Positions 1 through 15,959 of a stretch of DNA of 64,000 nucleotides are shown piece by piece. Where the stretch lies: NCBI GenBank assembly GCA_039096225.1, contig JBBPEB010000014.1:1364001-1428000 (forward strand), given 5' to 3'. A program made the translations under genes and the position numbers. The notes beneath the pieces are model-generated. The model worked only from the letters and a program-made list of their open reading frames with translations. It was not told the origin of the DNA and made no database searches. Position 1 is the first letter of the stretch. The number at the start of each line of letters is the position of its first letter. The stretch is from Blastocystis sp. Blastoise. Lineage: Eukaryota; Protista; Bigyra: Opalinata.

Positions 1-396
1 AATAATATAACATCTTTTTTGATTTAAAAAAAGATGGCGAAAAACATATATACTATATTCTATAGATAATTAAAGAATGTACAAATATATGATGAGAAAC
101 ATATCATAAAAAAGGAGATAGAAAATGAAAACCAAATATAAGTTGAAAACTTCATAAAAGAAGATGAAGATGAAAAAATAATTGGATACAAGTATATAAA
201 ATATGAAGATAGAAAAAAAATTGTATATTTAATATAGATATCATAGATTGAATTAGTAAAAAAAGAAAAATAACACCAAAGAGTATTAGGAAATAACAAT
301 GATACATTATTATGCAAAAAAATAATAATATATAAAAAAAAAAACAAAACAAAAAAAAAACAAAAAAAAAAACTATTATCAAAAAAACTATATATA

Positions 397-3300
397 TTAT
401 TGTATTTCGTTTGTTGGTTGACTATCATAAAGAGTTTGCTGACGATTTGAAATACGTTTATGATTTCGAAGAAACTTTTCTTTAGCTACCATTCGACAGA
501 CCATAATTAAGAATATAAATAAGATTATACTAACACATAGTAATAATATAAATAGTAAACAATAAAAAATATAATTATTTGTAAATAATATTTCTTGAGA
601 ATTCACAGTTATAGAACAATTTGAAAAACTAGAATTTCGTTCAATTAATAAGTTTAACAACATTTTATTAATAAAACTAGCAAATACAGATTTATAAAAA
701 TCTTGTTGGTTTTCATTACATTGAATAACAATTAATAATTGTATTGATTTAATATCAATAGAAGAGATAGATTGAAGATTTAAGAAATCATAAGAAAGAT
801 GAAGTTCATCAAAATATGTATAAAAAACATCTAATAATATACCTAAATGTTGTGAATCAAAGAAATCAATAGTTTTATTATAAAAATGAATAGGTATATT
901 AATATATACATATCCAAAAAGAGGATAATTCTTAAGATTATGAAAACATAATGAAGTTGAAGATGATAACCAGATGGGATTTGTATTATTATATATACAT
1001 TGACGTGTCTTATAATGATAAGACGAAGTATCACAAGGAAGATAAGCTATAGTATTAATTTCAGTATTTGGCCAATCTTGATCTGATTCACATTCTAATA
1101 AAGGTACTAATATAGACATATAGACTATATTTGAAGCATCAGGATTCATAGCTGTAATAGTATATGTTATATATGGAGATACTTCTAGAGGAACACCTTC
1201 AATAGCACCTGTTATGTGATTTATTGTAAGACCAAGAGGTAACAAAGGAGTAATAGAAAATGATTGAACATAATTATATATAATAGGAGATAACGGAGGT
1301 AATCGAACTCCTTTATATATTATAATATATGTATTAGGATAAGAAATAACAGGTTTATTATATCGACATGTATTTGTGATATTCGACCATGTTGGTGGAT
1401 ATCCAGGAATACAATGTCGTAAGATATATCCAGTTTGAAAAGGATATCGACAAGAAATATTAAGGCTATTACCCATAACAGTTTCTTCAAAAAAATCATC
1501 TTTTTTACAAGAAAGACTATCAATAGTTATATATAAAGTAGCAATTGAACTATATAATTCATTTTTACAAAGAATAGAGTGTAATACTGCATAAGATGTA
1601 ACATTAGCTATTCCTGTAATAATACCGGTAGATGATATTACTAATCCTTTTGGAAGGTGAGGATATACAGTAATACTTGAACATATTCCATGAATAATAG
1701 GAACAAGATCTTGAATAGGTGCTAAATAAGTTAAATGTAAATAAGATATAGGATAGAGAATAGAAGGTTTTTCATATAAACATGCAGTTTCTCTTTCTGA
1801 CCAATGAGGATTATTTGAATAATACGAACATGATTGTGTTTGTATACCTATATATCCTGTAGGACAATATACAGATGTTGTTTCACCAACAAATGTTGAA
1901 GGCCATTGATTATAAGAATGACAAAAAGGAAAAGAAGATGTAACTTTTGGAATAATTGTAATACTTAGATTAATAGAAACTGTTTTATAATTATAAGTTT
2001 GTTGTGTAATATTTATATTTTGTGAATCAAATGTATATATAATTTCAGGTCCATAAACAGAGATAATAAAATGAAATTCCGTTTTATTCGATATTAATAA
2101 AGAATCAAGTTTCCCTTCAATAGTACCATTAATAAAATGGCAATTAGGAAATAGAGATTGAATAGAGGGAGTAATACTCCATTTAGTTATAGAATAAGGT
2201 ATTTGTGATGGTGTAATATGTATCATATCATCTTCTATATATATATAATGTGTATAATTATATTCTAGAATAAATTGTTGATTCATCTGAATACAATTAG
2301 AAGATGTATCAGACCATATAGGTTTACTTATATAACGTTCACATCGACGATATTGAATACCTATATATAAATTAGGACATCTAATAAAAGCAGTAGTACC
2401 CATTGAAGTAATAGGCCATAGATAATCCTCTTGACAATAATTCTGTTCATAATCATCACTTGATAATATCTGAATATCTATTGTAGTTTGAATAGAAGAA
2501 TATTTATTATAAGCAATAAATGTATATGTAGTTAAAGGAATTACATAAATTGGTTTTCCATAGAGAATACCACTTGTAGAATCTAAAGAAAGACCTTCAG
2601 GAAGAGAAGGAGAAGAAGAAAAAGAAAGTTGTACACTATCAATAGAAGGAATAAGAGGTGTTGATATATTATGATATACATGTAAATAATAAATAGAATT
2701 ACTATATTGATAATAAGTAGGTTCTTTTGGAATACATTGAGAAGTATTTAATTGAATAAAAGATCCATTATAACAATAAACACTTTGATTTCCATTAAAG
2801 AATGGATCACAAGGTTTATATGAATAATCACCATTTGGTACAGCATAAAATCCATTTGTTGAAATACATATATTATTTAATTTAGCTACACTTAGTCCAA
2901 TTTCAGATATTTGTAAAGTATTTCGTATTAAACATGTTAATGATGTTTTATCATCTATATTTTCATTTAAACATTCTGTAATTGTTAATTTATAACGATT
3001 ATAGGCTTGTTGAGGTATAATTTGATAACTAAGATCTTCATAATATTGAAAATAAAATTGTTTTGTAATATTATGTAAAGGTATATATTGTTTACCATCA
3101 TTACTAGCCGAAAATATCCATCCTGAAGGAGATCGACTATTACATTTACTGCCATTAGATATAGTATATCCAGTAATATATTCTTTACGTTGATAAGGAA
3201 ATATCCATTCAATTTCAACATTTGTACATGCACCATATATAACCCATTCAGTAAAATAATTATTATCAAATGCTTTATCTACAGATTCTGGGAATAATCC

Positions 3301-6300
3301 ATAATATGTTGTATTATAATAATTAGTATATCGATAACGACCTGTTGTATGTAAGAAACGTAATGTTATATTAAATGGAATATATTCTATTTGTTCAGAA
3401 GATTTATGTATTTCTATAGCAAATATATTCTTATTATTTGTATTATGAATAATTCCACGATCCTCTTCATCATTATTATCATTATCTATATATGTACTAT
3501 TTGTATTATAATATACACTAACATCTGAAAATTGAAAATTAATAGATCCACCAATCGTTTGAATATCTGTATTACTATAATCAGCAAATGTATAGGCATT
3601 TGTAGCAGTATAATTAGGTATATTATATCGAAACACTTCTTTTCCATTAAAATATATAATACAACCTCCTATTAAAGAAATTCTAAATAATAATCCTGGA
3701 TATTTATTAATAAATACACTATTAATATAAGTTCTATAATATTGTGTAATAGTATTTGAAGGAGGTAAAGAAGCAATAATATCGGATTGCCATAATGAAT
3801 CGTTATATTGAGAAGTAGTCCAAATATGTGTATTAATATCTTCATTTGATAAAGTATTATTTAGAGTATTCATATACCATTTTCTTTCTGTTTCAGGATA
3901 AGGTGTATATAATACTATAGTATTCAGTTTAGGTGAATCTCCTGGATATACAGTTTCTCTTAATAATAATATATTATCAATAGACATGATATATAAGAAT
4001 GAAGAATCCCAGCCATGATTATCTTGATCTTTTAATTCTATTATATATTCTGCTTCAGGTAAACAATAAGTGAAAGAAGTTAAGGTCCAATCAGGGAAAT
4101 AATCTTGGGAATCAATTAATTCACTATGAACACTATTCCATATATTAAATGAGAAATAATAACCATGATTTTCTTTTTCATTATTTAAATATACTTTCAT
4201 TAATGTATAGGGAAATTTACAATCAATAACATTAATGGTTATTATTGTAGATACATCTTGATATAATAAATTCTTAGCATGAATAATAACTCTATAATTA
4301 GTTAATATATCCATAAATGTTCCATATAAAATACCAGAATCAGAATATATATGTATACCTTCAGGTAATTCATTCTCAATATAAAAATCAAAGAATGTTC
4401 TTGGAGGATAAATTAAAGGTATATCAGCATTTACATAACCTACAATAGAAGTAGAAGAATAAGTTAAAGATAATACAGAATAATCTGTTATAGTAAAAGT
4501 ATAAAATTCTATTTCAGTTAAAGTAATAACAGAACTTGTTTCACTTCCGTATGTATTTGTAAAATTAAAAAAATATTTTTGATATAAATGTGTAGAAGGA
4601 ATATTATAAAAACATTTCTTTTGTTTACTACCATTCCAAACTATATTCGTTATATTAGATAATAAATCACATTGATTATCTACACAACCCCAAAATTTCC
4701 AAGCAGTAGGATTTCCTTGTGGGAAATCCAGACCAGAAACAAAGCAATAACAATTATAATGACTTCGACTCATTGGATTTTTATGATTTAATAATAATTG
4801 TACAGGACTAAAAGGAATAATTCCAGTTTGAACAAACCATCTTGTATTATATAAACCATCTATTAATTTATAAGTAACATTATTCTTTAAATAATCCATA
4901 ACATCTAAATCCCATGTTCTAGACATATTATTAGATGTCATTAATAAAGATAATGTAAATGTAAATTGATGTTGAAGAGGTAATTGAATTTCTTGAGAAT
5001 AAACTACTACAAAAGCTATTATATTTATACCATTGTTTAAAAACGATAAAGGTAATTCTATATCAAATATATCAATACTAGTATCATTAATAGATAAAGT
5101 AGGATTTTGATCCTCTATTGTAGTATTCACATTCATTTGATATTGTTTTATTCCATTAATATATATTATAATACCTTTCGGACCCGATATATATAAATAT
5201 AAACCATTATATTCAATAGAAGGAATATATGTAAATATTCTTCTAAAATAATGTACATAACTATAAGTAGATATATTAGGATTTAATGTAGCAAAACAAG
5301 GAGTCCAAAAAGAAGATGAAGAAGAAGAAGATGATAATGATGAAGATAATGATGAAGATAATGATGAAGAAGAAGATGATGAAGATAATGATGATGAAGA
5401 AGAAATAGTAGTATTATAATGAAGAGTATACCAAGAAGAAGGTAATCTATTATTGTTAAAATAACAAAGAACATCTTGATCAATAGAATAAATAATATAA
5501 TTGAAATTTAATTTATAAGTAGCTTCATAACCACTATAAAGATTACTTCTAAAAAAAATGACAGGATCTGATTCATATATAAATGCTAATGTTAATAATG
5601 AAGATGCACTCCATCCAGGAGAAATAGTACTAAATAATTTAATAGTATATTGTTGACGAGGTATACATAAGGTATTATTAACAATACTACTATCGTCACC
5701 TTTACCTGATGTTATAATATTATTATATTCATCATAAATAATATATTGTTCATATTCGGATTGATGATCACTACTTTGCTTTAATATTGTTATTATACTA
5801 TTATTTTCTACATCACATATATATACATGAATATCTATAGATAAACTAATATATATATTAATAGAAGGATTATAAGCTTGTATAGTAATAATAGAATTAA
5901 ATTCAGTTTTAGGAAATCCAAAGATAGCTCCCATTTCTGTATCTAAATAAATACCTTGAGGTAAATATATAGAAGTAATTAAAGGATGAATAGTATTATT
6001 AAATGAAGGAATAAAAATAGAAGGTTGAATAGAATGTAATGATGAAGATGAAGAAGAAGATGAAGGAGAAGAAGATGAAGATAAATATGAAGAATTATTT
6101 ATTGGATATTTTTGTAAAGGAAGAATAGAAAAATTTGTAAATCCAGACATAAAAGGTTGTATATATACATGATTAATATTAGCATACCATTGAAAAGAAT
6201 GAGATGAATAAAGTGTATTTGGAATATCTTCATTTACAGAGAAAAGAGAAAGAGAAGATAAAGAAATATATTTTTGTTCATTTAAATCATCAATAAATAC

Positions 6301-7784
6301 AATAGAAATAGAATCATAAGCAATATGATTATTTAATATATTAAAATTTAAAATTGATAATCTTTTTTTAAATGTAAAATAACGAAATGATTGTAAATAA
6401 ATCCAATGATTTCCTTCATCACTGGATCCATAAAGAATGAAATGTTTAGGATCATAATAAGAATCATTTGATGAACAATATACTTCTAATTGATTAAACC
6501 ATTCTTTTCGACCATCTAAAAAATGAAATTGAAATAAAAATGAATGATGAATAGGCTGTATCCAATCTGTTGTTATGTTATCATATAATAATATTTCTAA
6601 ATCTTCTTCAGTAGTAGGAAAAATTGGTTCTATTTTATTCATTAAATATTTTTTAACTTTTGTTCCTGCATTAATAATTAAATAACTAGAAAATGGATCC
6701 ATTATTATATAAGAAGAATTATAGGAATGAATTTCTATAGAAATAACAATAATTGTTTTATTTTCAAAAAAATAATTATAATCTTGAGAAACACACCGAT
6801 AATTAATATCAGTATCTATAGAAGTAGCTTCAGTAGTAGGAGTAATAGTAGTATTATAAGGTAAATGATATCTATAAATTTCTTGACCTTCTATATATAT
6901 AACAATACCTTCTTGAGTATATACACAAAAATCAAAAGAATTATAATCCTGGGAATCTTCAGGTAAATAAACATGATTTCGATAATAACGTGTAGTAGTA
7001 GAAGGTCTTGGAAATCGATGTGAATAATATATATTCCAATTTGAATCCATATATTCTGAAGAAGTCCATTCATTATATATTTGAGGAACAGAAGTATATC
7101 TCCAAGCTGAATTATTATTCACTAACATAAATGCTATATATATAATAATAATAATAAATATAATAATAAATATAAACTAATAAACATAATAATAATGCAA
7201 TACTTATGAATATAAGAAAATAAAAATAGAATACTAACTAACTACAAATAATGAATCATAAATATTAATTATCAAGAAAACAAAATTAATAATATATGTA
7301 CGTAAAAATAATTGTTCTTGATAAAAACCATAATCCACTCTTCCTTTAATAAGTAAATGAGTATCCATAAAAATAGATACATCGGATAAAGAATTCCAGC
7401 CTGTTCCATCTCTATATTAAATAAAAAACATAATAGTACTAGGATAAAATTAAAAAATATATATATATATACTTTGATAATGCAACTAAAGTGTGAATAT
7501 TTGAAGAAACACATAACGTAGTTGACACAACACGATTATCAAAGCCTAATCCATTCTGACTATAGACTAATTTCCCTTGATCTTTATAACCACTGAAGAT
7601 TCGTATAGTTTCCTTTTGAGGTAAATCGTAATATGTTCGAATGATATCAATCTGTGTTTGTGATCTCATGCATTCTTCTAGTGATAAGTCTAAAATAAAA
7701 ATAAACATAGAAATCTATTTAAATATATAGCATACTCGTAAAAATGACCAGATAGAGAACTAGTCTTTGGAAATACGACATCAT
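397..7784 (-). CDS. Large type I membrane/surface protein with He_PIG-like Ig repeats, F5/8C discoidin-like domains and HRM-like Cys modules (4 exons: ~7738-7784, ~7473-7690, ~7304-7412, 397-~7134)
   Basis: 2243-aa ORF extended upstream by three GT-AG introns to a hydrophobic start MMSYFQRLVLYLVIF; repeated LP.GL.(L/I)...TG.I.G.P motifs; KAFDNNYFTEW...SPSGWIFSASNDG; C....WP.T..G......CP....G...R.C.....W......C modules; C-terminal TM helix YIFYCLLFILLLCVSIILFIFLIMV followed by a basic tail. Confidence 0.85.
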
Positions 7785-8587
7785 AGATAATGTAAAATTG
7801 AGACAACACGATTTAATAATGAATACGAAGAGAACTATCAAGAAATATTTGTTTTATATTAATTTGAGGAAAAAGTGTTTAAAAAAAGCTATTTACCAAG
7901 GGTTTTCTCTTAACCACGAATTAATGGAGATCTTAAGCCAATTTATTAAGATTTCCATGATTCTATTTTCACTTTTTTATTAATTTCCTTGATTATTGAA
8001 TGCAAATGATTTATTCTTTTAAAGTTGTTTATTTGTTATCATTTTTAAACAAATCGAATTCTTACTTTATTATCATGATCACATTCTAAATAGACTTGAT
8101 ACTTAAATTTTAATTTTCATAATCAAATAGGAAATCAATTTGTACAATTTCTGACTTCTATTTGTTTTTGCATTATGAAATTAATTCTAAACTCGATTTA
8201 ATGAATACACCAAAATCTTTATTCACAACAATAATTGGTCAACGTGTATATAGAAAAAAATACTTTTTTTAAATGAAAAAATACTATATTTTATAAAGAA
8301 TAAATTATATGCAATGAAAGAGCCAAATAAAAAGCACTGATTTGAGTAAAATGGGAATAAACAAAAGAAAAATATAAAAAAGATGAAATCAAAATAGTAG
8401 AGTACATAATATTATAAAGACATAAATGAATAAAAAACAAAAATGATAATAGGAGCTATAAGATATATAAGAGAAAACTTAAATAAAGAAAAAAGGAAAA
8501 TGAAATAGAGAAAAAAATGAGAACAAGCATGTTTAAAAAAAAAGTGAAAAGAAAAAAAATTATAATATAATATATATATAATAGTAG

Positions 8588-10020
8588 TTATCGACAATAA
8601 AGATTATGATTAACAAGAAATGAATATAAATATTCATAGATACCAAAACAAAGACTTGTACTGATACCACTCTTTAAAAGGGAGGGAATTATACCAGCAT
8701 AGAATGCTTTCAAGCCATTCTTTATATACATATATTTTATTAATTGTAAACAAGATTTATCTTGAGTCTCTTTAAACATTGTACGGATTTGAAAATGCTT
8801 TTTAATAGTGTCCAATGGATATACACAAATCTTTGCAATTGTCCCAGACATAAATCCATATAAACTCCCAGATATAGGAGAAGATACTGTAATAATATAT
8901 AATAATAAGAAAATTAAAATAAATAGAATAATAATAAAATAATTAGAATATACTAATAATTATGAATATAATATAATAATAAAAAAATATAATATAATAA
9001 TAATAAATATAATATAATAATAATAAATATAATATAATAATAATAAATATAATATAATAATAATAAATATAATAAATACTTTTCCAATGAGTAACAAAAT
9101 ACTCATATAATGTAAAATTAATTCCTGAATAAGGACATATTTGTATTAATGTAGGTAATATCCCACTATATAATCCTCGAATATTACTTTCTCGATACAC
9201 ACTGAATAATAATTTATAAACATGATTATATGTCTATATATATATATTAAAATCATGATTAAATTCATATATTATTTAGAAAAAAATTATAATAATAAAT
9301 AAATAAAATAAATAAATAAAATAAATAAAATAAATAAAATAAATAAAATAAATAAAATAAATAATAAAAATAATAATAAAAATAAATAAAAAAAAAATAA
9401 TTAAAAAAATAAATAAAATAAAAGCATCAATAATAAATACTCGATGTGCTGATTGTGCCGCCATTCGTGTTCGCGCTAGATCGAAAGGATAACTAACAAG
9501 AGTACTACATAATGCGGACATAGAACCGCCTAAGAAGGTATTATAACTGGAAGAATGAAATAACTGTAATTTCTTAAAATAATTCACTGTTGTAAATTGA
9601 ACTGCTGAATAAACACACCATAAATATTCAGCTGCTAAATTACCACTATAAATATAAATCATGAAAAAGAGAATAACTATTAATTATACTCAATATAATA
9701 TACATACTTCCATAAATACGTAAACCCTTCTTTTAAATAAATATCCTTCATCAAAGTGAACGTAGATTTGTATGCATAAGTTTTTGTTACTCCATAAGGA
9801 ACTTGTAATCTATAAAAAAAAAATTATTTCATTTATAAATGGAAATATATAAACATATCTAATTACTTTATCTTTACTACATCTAAAGGTGCTATACAGA
9901 ACCGACTTAATACTATAGATAAAAATAAACTTTTAATGTAATCGTTAAAACAATACCTCCTGTAATTGCACCGGCTATGACGTCACCAGTACTTGTCAAC
10001 TGATCATGAAGAGTTGGCAT
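8588..10020 (-). CDS. TPC1: Mitochondrial carrier (SLC25), thiamine pyrophosphate carrier-like; multi-exon
   Basis: Three PX[D/E]XX[K/R] signatures after splicing (PLDVVKIK, PFDLARTR, PLDTIKKH); GNLAAEYLWCVYSAVQF and GILPTLIQICPYSGINF resemble SLC25A19/Tpc1; substrate assignment is inference. Confidence 0.8.
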
Positions 10021-10803
10021 AATACTTGCTATTAAAGAATTATTGTTAATGCAAGAGTATTTCTGAGTTTCTAATTCCTCTAAATGATATTTTATGATAA
10101 AATACAATCTTAATAAATCAATAATTGTAAAAATACCTTTATAATAAAGAAATTTATTGAGAAATTATGAATTAAATCGAAATATTTAGTATCGAAAAAA
10201 TGTGGAGAAAAAAGGGAAACAAAACAAATGGAAATTATTTCTGTTTCTTATTCATTTATGAGATGTTTTTCACTCTTTATACTGTCTACATTACTTATTT
10301 TTTTCTTGTACATATAAAGTAGTATCTGCTCTATATAGTAGAAATAACAAAAGTTCTCAAATTGATTTGCATGTAAAATAGTAGTCACCAATGATATAAT
10401 TCGTTTTGAAATATATATATATATATATATATATACATTGTCTTTTGTATGATGTGAATAACACAAAAACGGAACAAAGGAGTCTTGAATCAATAGTGAA
10501 CATAATCTCTTTTCACAAATTACGTACTTTCAGTGATATTATTTAAGAGAACATCTTATCAGAATTGTATAATAAAAATTATTATAAAATTATAATACAA
10601 ATGAAAGAAGTATTGAACAAAATTAAAATGAAAAACGAAAATCTAAAAAAAATTATTCAGACGAATTCAGTCCGTTTTCTTTTTAATCCTTATTTCTTCT
10701 TAATATACTTTATAAATTGGTTCTAAATTATTTAATAAAAATTCCAGATTTAAATTAAAAGTCAAATCAGAAATATACTACTATCAGGAAAGCAGATTTA
10801 CAA

Positions 10804-12936
10804 ATGTTACTTTCATTATGGAAATCGAAACCAATAAGTAAAACGATAGAACTATTATATAAGAGTGGTAAATACGCGCAGTTGAATTATTTCATGAAGA
10901 AAGCTTTAGAAAACCATTTTATTCCAGATTCTTTGGTTGGATCTTATTATATTCGATCCTTAGCTATTCAGAAGAACTACAAAGATGCCGAGATGTTTTG
11001 GACAATTGATTCTGGATTCTATAATATTCAATATGATTCCAATTATCAGAATTCTCTCTTTTTCTTATATTGCTATCAATATAATTGGTCTATGGCATAC
11101 AGTATATACAAGATAATGAATTCAACAAAGACTCCATTATCTTCATATCTTTATTCTAGTGCTTTTAAGATGCATTTATCATTAAATCATTCAAAAGAAG
11201 CATATGAAATATGGAATCAGATAATGTCTTCATCTCCTTCTGTCTACTTACAACAGAAACTATCTAGATTTGTTATTGATTCTATGGAATCTATATATAT
11301 TCCTGATTATATATCGAATTATTGTACTAGTAAATTACTTCAAACAAATTCAATACATTCTATCGACATCCATCGAATCTTAAAAAATAGTTTAATTAAC
11401 AATAAAGAGAATAACTTTTTGTATACATGCCAATTACTGTATTCTTATTCTATACCTTATGATGAAGAAACTATACAAATAATTTGTAATCAATTAACAG
11501 ATCAACAACTTTGGAACGAATGTGAAGTATATATATATTATGTTTTGTCATTTTATTTGTTTTTTTAAACTTTTATATATATATTATTTATTTATTTAAT
11601 TATTTATTTATTTAGTTATTATTATCATTATTATTATTATTATATTTCTATTTTCTTACTATACAATAATTATCTATAATAATATTCTATAGATATTCTA
11701 TAAGATATTAATAATAAAGAATAGGATTACATCCTCTACATTATCTATATTTTTACAGAATTATATGAGCCACCAATCATCATGGGATTCTATTTCGTCA
11801 TTATTATCTATATCTCTAGAGAATTCTTTAGAATCAACGACATTCTTATGGGAAGATCTATTACATTTATGTCTTCAATATGATTTCAAACAAGATCGAA
11901 AACAACTATTTAGTCTTTTATATAATTATATAGGTCATTCACAATCTATTTTACAATCCAAAAAGTCTATAACAACCTATATAGAAAAGAATAAAAATGA
12001 ACCAAAAACACCATTATCTTATTTATATTCTTATTTAACACAAGTATATATTGTATATTTTATTTATATATTATTTATATTTTATTTGTATTATTAATAT
12101 ATTATTTATATATTATTTGTATTATTAATATATATTATATATATATATTATTTATATTAAATTTATATATTTTTTTCTTCATATATATATAGTGTTTATC
12201 CTCAGAATCTATTCCAATTACATCTCAACTCTTTATTGAATTATTAACTATATGTATGAGAGATAATTATATTCATGAAGGAATTCAAATCATTCAGAAA
12301 ATATCAAATAAACCTATTCATATCAAAAACTCAATAAAGAAATCGATATACATGGATAATAAATTGCTAGATACATGTATATCGTTTAGTATTCATCGAC
12401 AAAAACCAAAAGAAGCTTTAGAGTATTATTATTTATTAAAAGAAACATCATTCTTATTTACTTATGAGAATTATCAACATTTTCTTGATATTTGTAGAGA
12501 TAATAAGTATTATGATATAGGTACTAAAATCTGTAAAGAATTAATTCAAAAGAATATGTATATGATTGAAGGAAGTAAAGATCCAAAGATTTCGGTGAAT
12601 CAATATAATTTAATGAAATCTATCTATTCATTTTTATATATATGTGATTATCAATCTCAATTTATTGAATATATTGATTATCATATTCGTTTTTCTCAAT
12701 TAATTGATGATTCTATGTTTTCAACAATTCTTCAAGATTGCTATTCCCTTGGTATTTGGGAACAAATCAATGAATGGATTACTATTATATCTTCTACAAT
12801 TCCTTTATCTTCTCTACATCATAGCATACCATTAATCATCAACTTCTATATCAAAACAAATAACAATACACAACTAACGTCATTTCTTCAACAAATACAA
12901 CAAAAAAATATTCCCTTAAATATTTCGTTTGATTAG
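10804..12936 (+). CDS. Helical-repeat (PPR/TPR-like) protein, possibly organelle-targeted; 3 exons (10804-11526, 11693-12043, 12193-12936)
   Basis: Three ORFs join in frame through GT-AG introns; repeated helical patterns (WSMAYSIYKIM, KEAYEIWNQI, KEALEYYYLL); basic/Ser-rich N-terminus. Confidence 0.65.
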
Positions 12937-13519
12937 TTCTTTGTATGTATTATTATTGTGTTTTTTGTTGTTGTTCAAATACCATTCTTATTAGACCTTA
13001 AATCAACTATTCAATTCGAAACTCAAAGCCATATTTTTGTTTAATTATTAACTATGAACAACATTTTATTAGTTTTTCATAATCATATTCTTGCTTATAT
13101 ATCTAAGAAAATGCTATCAATCAATATTCAACAACTATTGATGCAAATTAAACTAGAAAAAAAAATAAAAGACTGATTTGAAATTTAGAGAAGTGACATT
13201 ATATTATTTATTTGTACAAATAAAGAATTTAGTGTTAACACTATACAAAAGTCAAAGGATCTATGAGCATTTGTAGAAAACATATCATTTTTAACAGAAG
13301 TAAAGAAAAACACAATTTATAAAAACAAAGTAAAGTTTTCATAAATATCCGTGGTTTTCATGAATAAAAATAAACATGAGAGAACAAAGTCTACATCATT
13401 TCTCTTCTTTTATGAAGAATCAGTTTTAATTATAAAAACCTAAATATATTTGTATATATTTCATTATTATATATGGTTAATATAAATAGAACCCATTAAA
13501 GGAAATATTTTAACTAAAA

Positions 13520-14084
13520 ATGTTTAAATGGATTTATGATGGTACTTTAGGTAATTTAGTTGCGCCTCAAAATAAGACAGATAGTGATGAAGTCATCGTA
13601 TATTTATTAACCTATATCAAATCATCGATTCTTAAAATTATTTCTTTTAGTTTATGTATTTTTATAAATATCATTATTTTAGGAAGCTGTTGTTAAAGGC
13701 AACATGACAACGTTGTCTCAATATGAAATGAAAGGATTTGATTTTGTTGGTTTTCATCAAGAAGGAAATTATCTAATTCATGTTGCAGCTTATAATGGCC
13801 AACTTTATGTAGTTCAGTGGCTTCTTGATAAAGGTAAGTAAATTTTGTTTTATATATATTTTTATTGCTTTTATATATGCTTTTATTATATTTTTATGAT
13901 ATATTTTTATGATATATTTTTATTGTTTATATTTTTATGATATATTTTTATTGTTTATATATATATATTCTAGGTTGTGATATTAATTTAAAAGGTAAAA
14001 ATGGTAATTCTGCACTTCATTATGCTTGTCATCAAAATAAACAGGATATAGTAGAATTATTAATAAGTATGTTTTAAATATATT

Positions 14085-14153
<69 letters not shown>

Positions 14154-15959
14154 TTTTTTACTGATATTTTTCTTTAATAAGTTTATAAAACTATATAAAT
14201 TTATAATAATATATATATTAAATATAAAAATAATTTAAATATATATATATACAGAACGTGGTGCAAATACTCATATTACGAATTCTCAAGGAAAAACACC
14301 TTATGATTTAGCAGGTGAGAATAATTTTGCTTTACGTCAATTATTATTAAAATATATGTATCAGACTCCTGAAGGTCAATCTACTTGTCCTCAGAATTCT
14401 ATTTCTTTTAGTGGTTTTACTAAAGCTCAATCTGAAGATATTGTTGTTACTGCTCCTCCACCAACTATGGGTTCTGTTTCTACTAATAATAATATACCTA
14501 TATCTCCATCTCTTCCTACTCCTCCATCTATGGGAAATAATAATCAAAATGGATATATACAAAGTAATATACAAGTATTTCAACATCCTGCTTTAGCTGG
14601 TCGTCAACATTCAACTATAAATACTCCTTCTATAAATACTCCTATGGTTCCTATCACTCCTATGGTTCCTATGGTTCCTGTAGCTCCTGTAGCTCCTATC
14701 ACTCCTATCACTCCTATGGTTCCTGTAGCTCCTACTACTATTACTAATAATAATCCTATTTCTAATACTACTCCTGTTACTACTCCTGTTACTACTTCTC
14801 CTATGAATAATACTTCTAATATAATAACACCTACGAATCCTATATTTGCAAATAGATTTGCTAATGCTTCTACTTCTACTACTTCTAGTTCTTCTTCTTC
14901 TTCTCCTGTAATGAATAATAATCATTCATTTAATCCTATTCAAACAACATCAACTATTCCTCTTCCTGTTACATCCAATTCTATTTCTTCACCTTCTACT
15001 ACACCTATAAATACACCTATAAATACACCTATAAATACACCTATGAATACACCTATGAATACACCTACAACTACTACACCTACAACTACAACTACTCCTA
15101 CAACTACACCTACAACTACACCTATAGCTAATACTCCTCATCATTCTTTTGGATTAGCTAATAAAGGACCTAGAAGAAATATTACTTATTCTCGTTATAT
15201 TCCTGGGAAATCACCTGTATCACCATCATCACCTATACCTTCTACAGCACCTTCTATGTCTTCTATTACTACTACGTCAACAACTATATCACCTACAGTT
15301 GCTACAATACAACCTAACTATGCTAATTCAAATACATATAAACCACTTCCTACTCCCATGAATCAAACTCAATCTCAACCGATTCCCGCAACTATTCCCG
15401 TGAATATGAATACTCCTGCTATGATGACTTCTACTGTTGCTTCTATTCCTTCTCCTGTATCTATCCCTTCTACTATGAGTCCTTCGGAACATTCTGCATT
15501 CTTATTACCTAGACAACCTACTACAGTCAATAGACCAAAACCGTATTCTTCTTTTTATTTTTAATTATTATCTTTTTATTATTGTTAATTGTTTTTAATT
15601 GTTTTAAATTTAAATTTTTTTTAATTGTTTTTGTTTTTGTTTTTGTTTTTGTTTTAATTGTTTTAAATTTACTTTTTTTATTATTTATTTTTAATTCATT
15701 ATTTGTTCTTATTATATATATCTATTTTATATTTTATATATATAGTAAACCTAAAGCTTCTTCTCGTTTAACTCCTGACGGATTCATTACTACTGTTGGT
15801 AATCCTGTATATAAAATAATAATATATTTATATTTAAATATATATATCTTTCATCGTTTTAATTACATATATATATATATATATATATAGGAATTAGCTG
15901 CAAAGTATGGTAATGTCGTGAATAAAGCTGGTGATGGTCTTCCTCCTCCACCTATGTAA
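13520..15959 (+). CDS. Ankyrin-repeat protein with long Pro/Thr/Ser-rich region; 6 exons
   Basis: Spliced N-terminus has GNYLIHVAAYNGQLYVVQWLLDKGCDIN, GNSALHYACHQNKQDIVELL, GKTPYDLA; then the 402-aa P/T/S ORF; ends GLPPPPM-TAA. Confidence 0.85.

Noticed and set aside
60-428. Hydrophobic ORFs at the window start
   Set aside because: T-rich low-complexity sequence overlapping the 3' end of the surface-protein gene; no motif to support a call.
10248-10493. Small gene between the carrier and helical-repeat genes
   Set aside because: An intron-like segment is present, but no coherent spliced ORF could be built.
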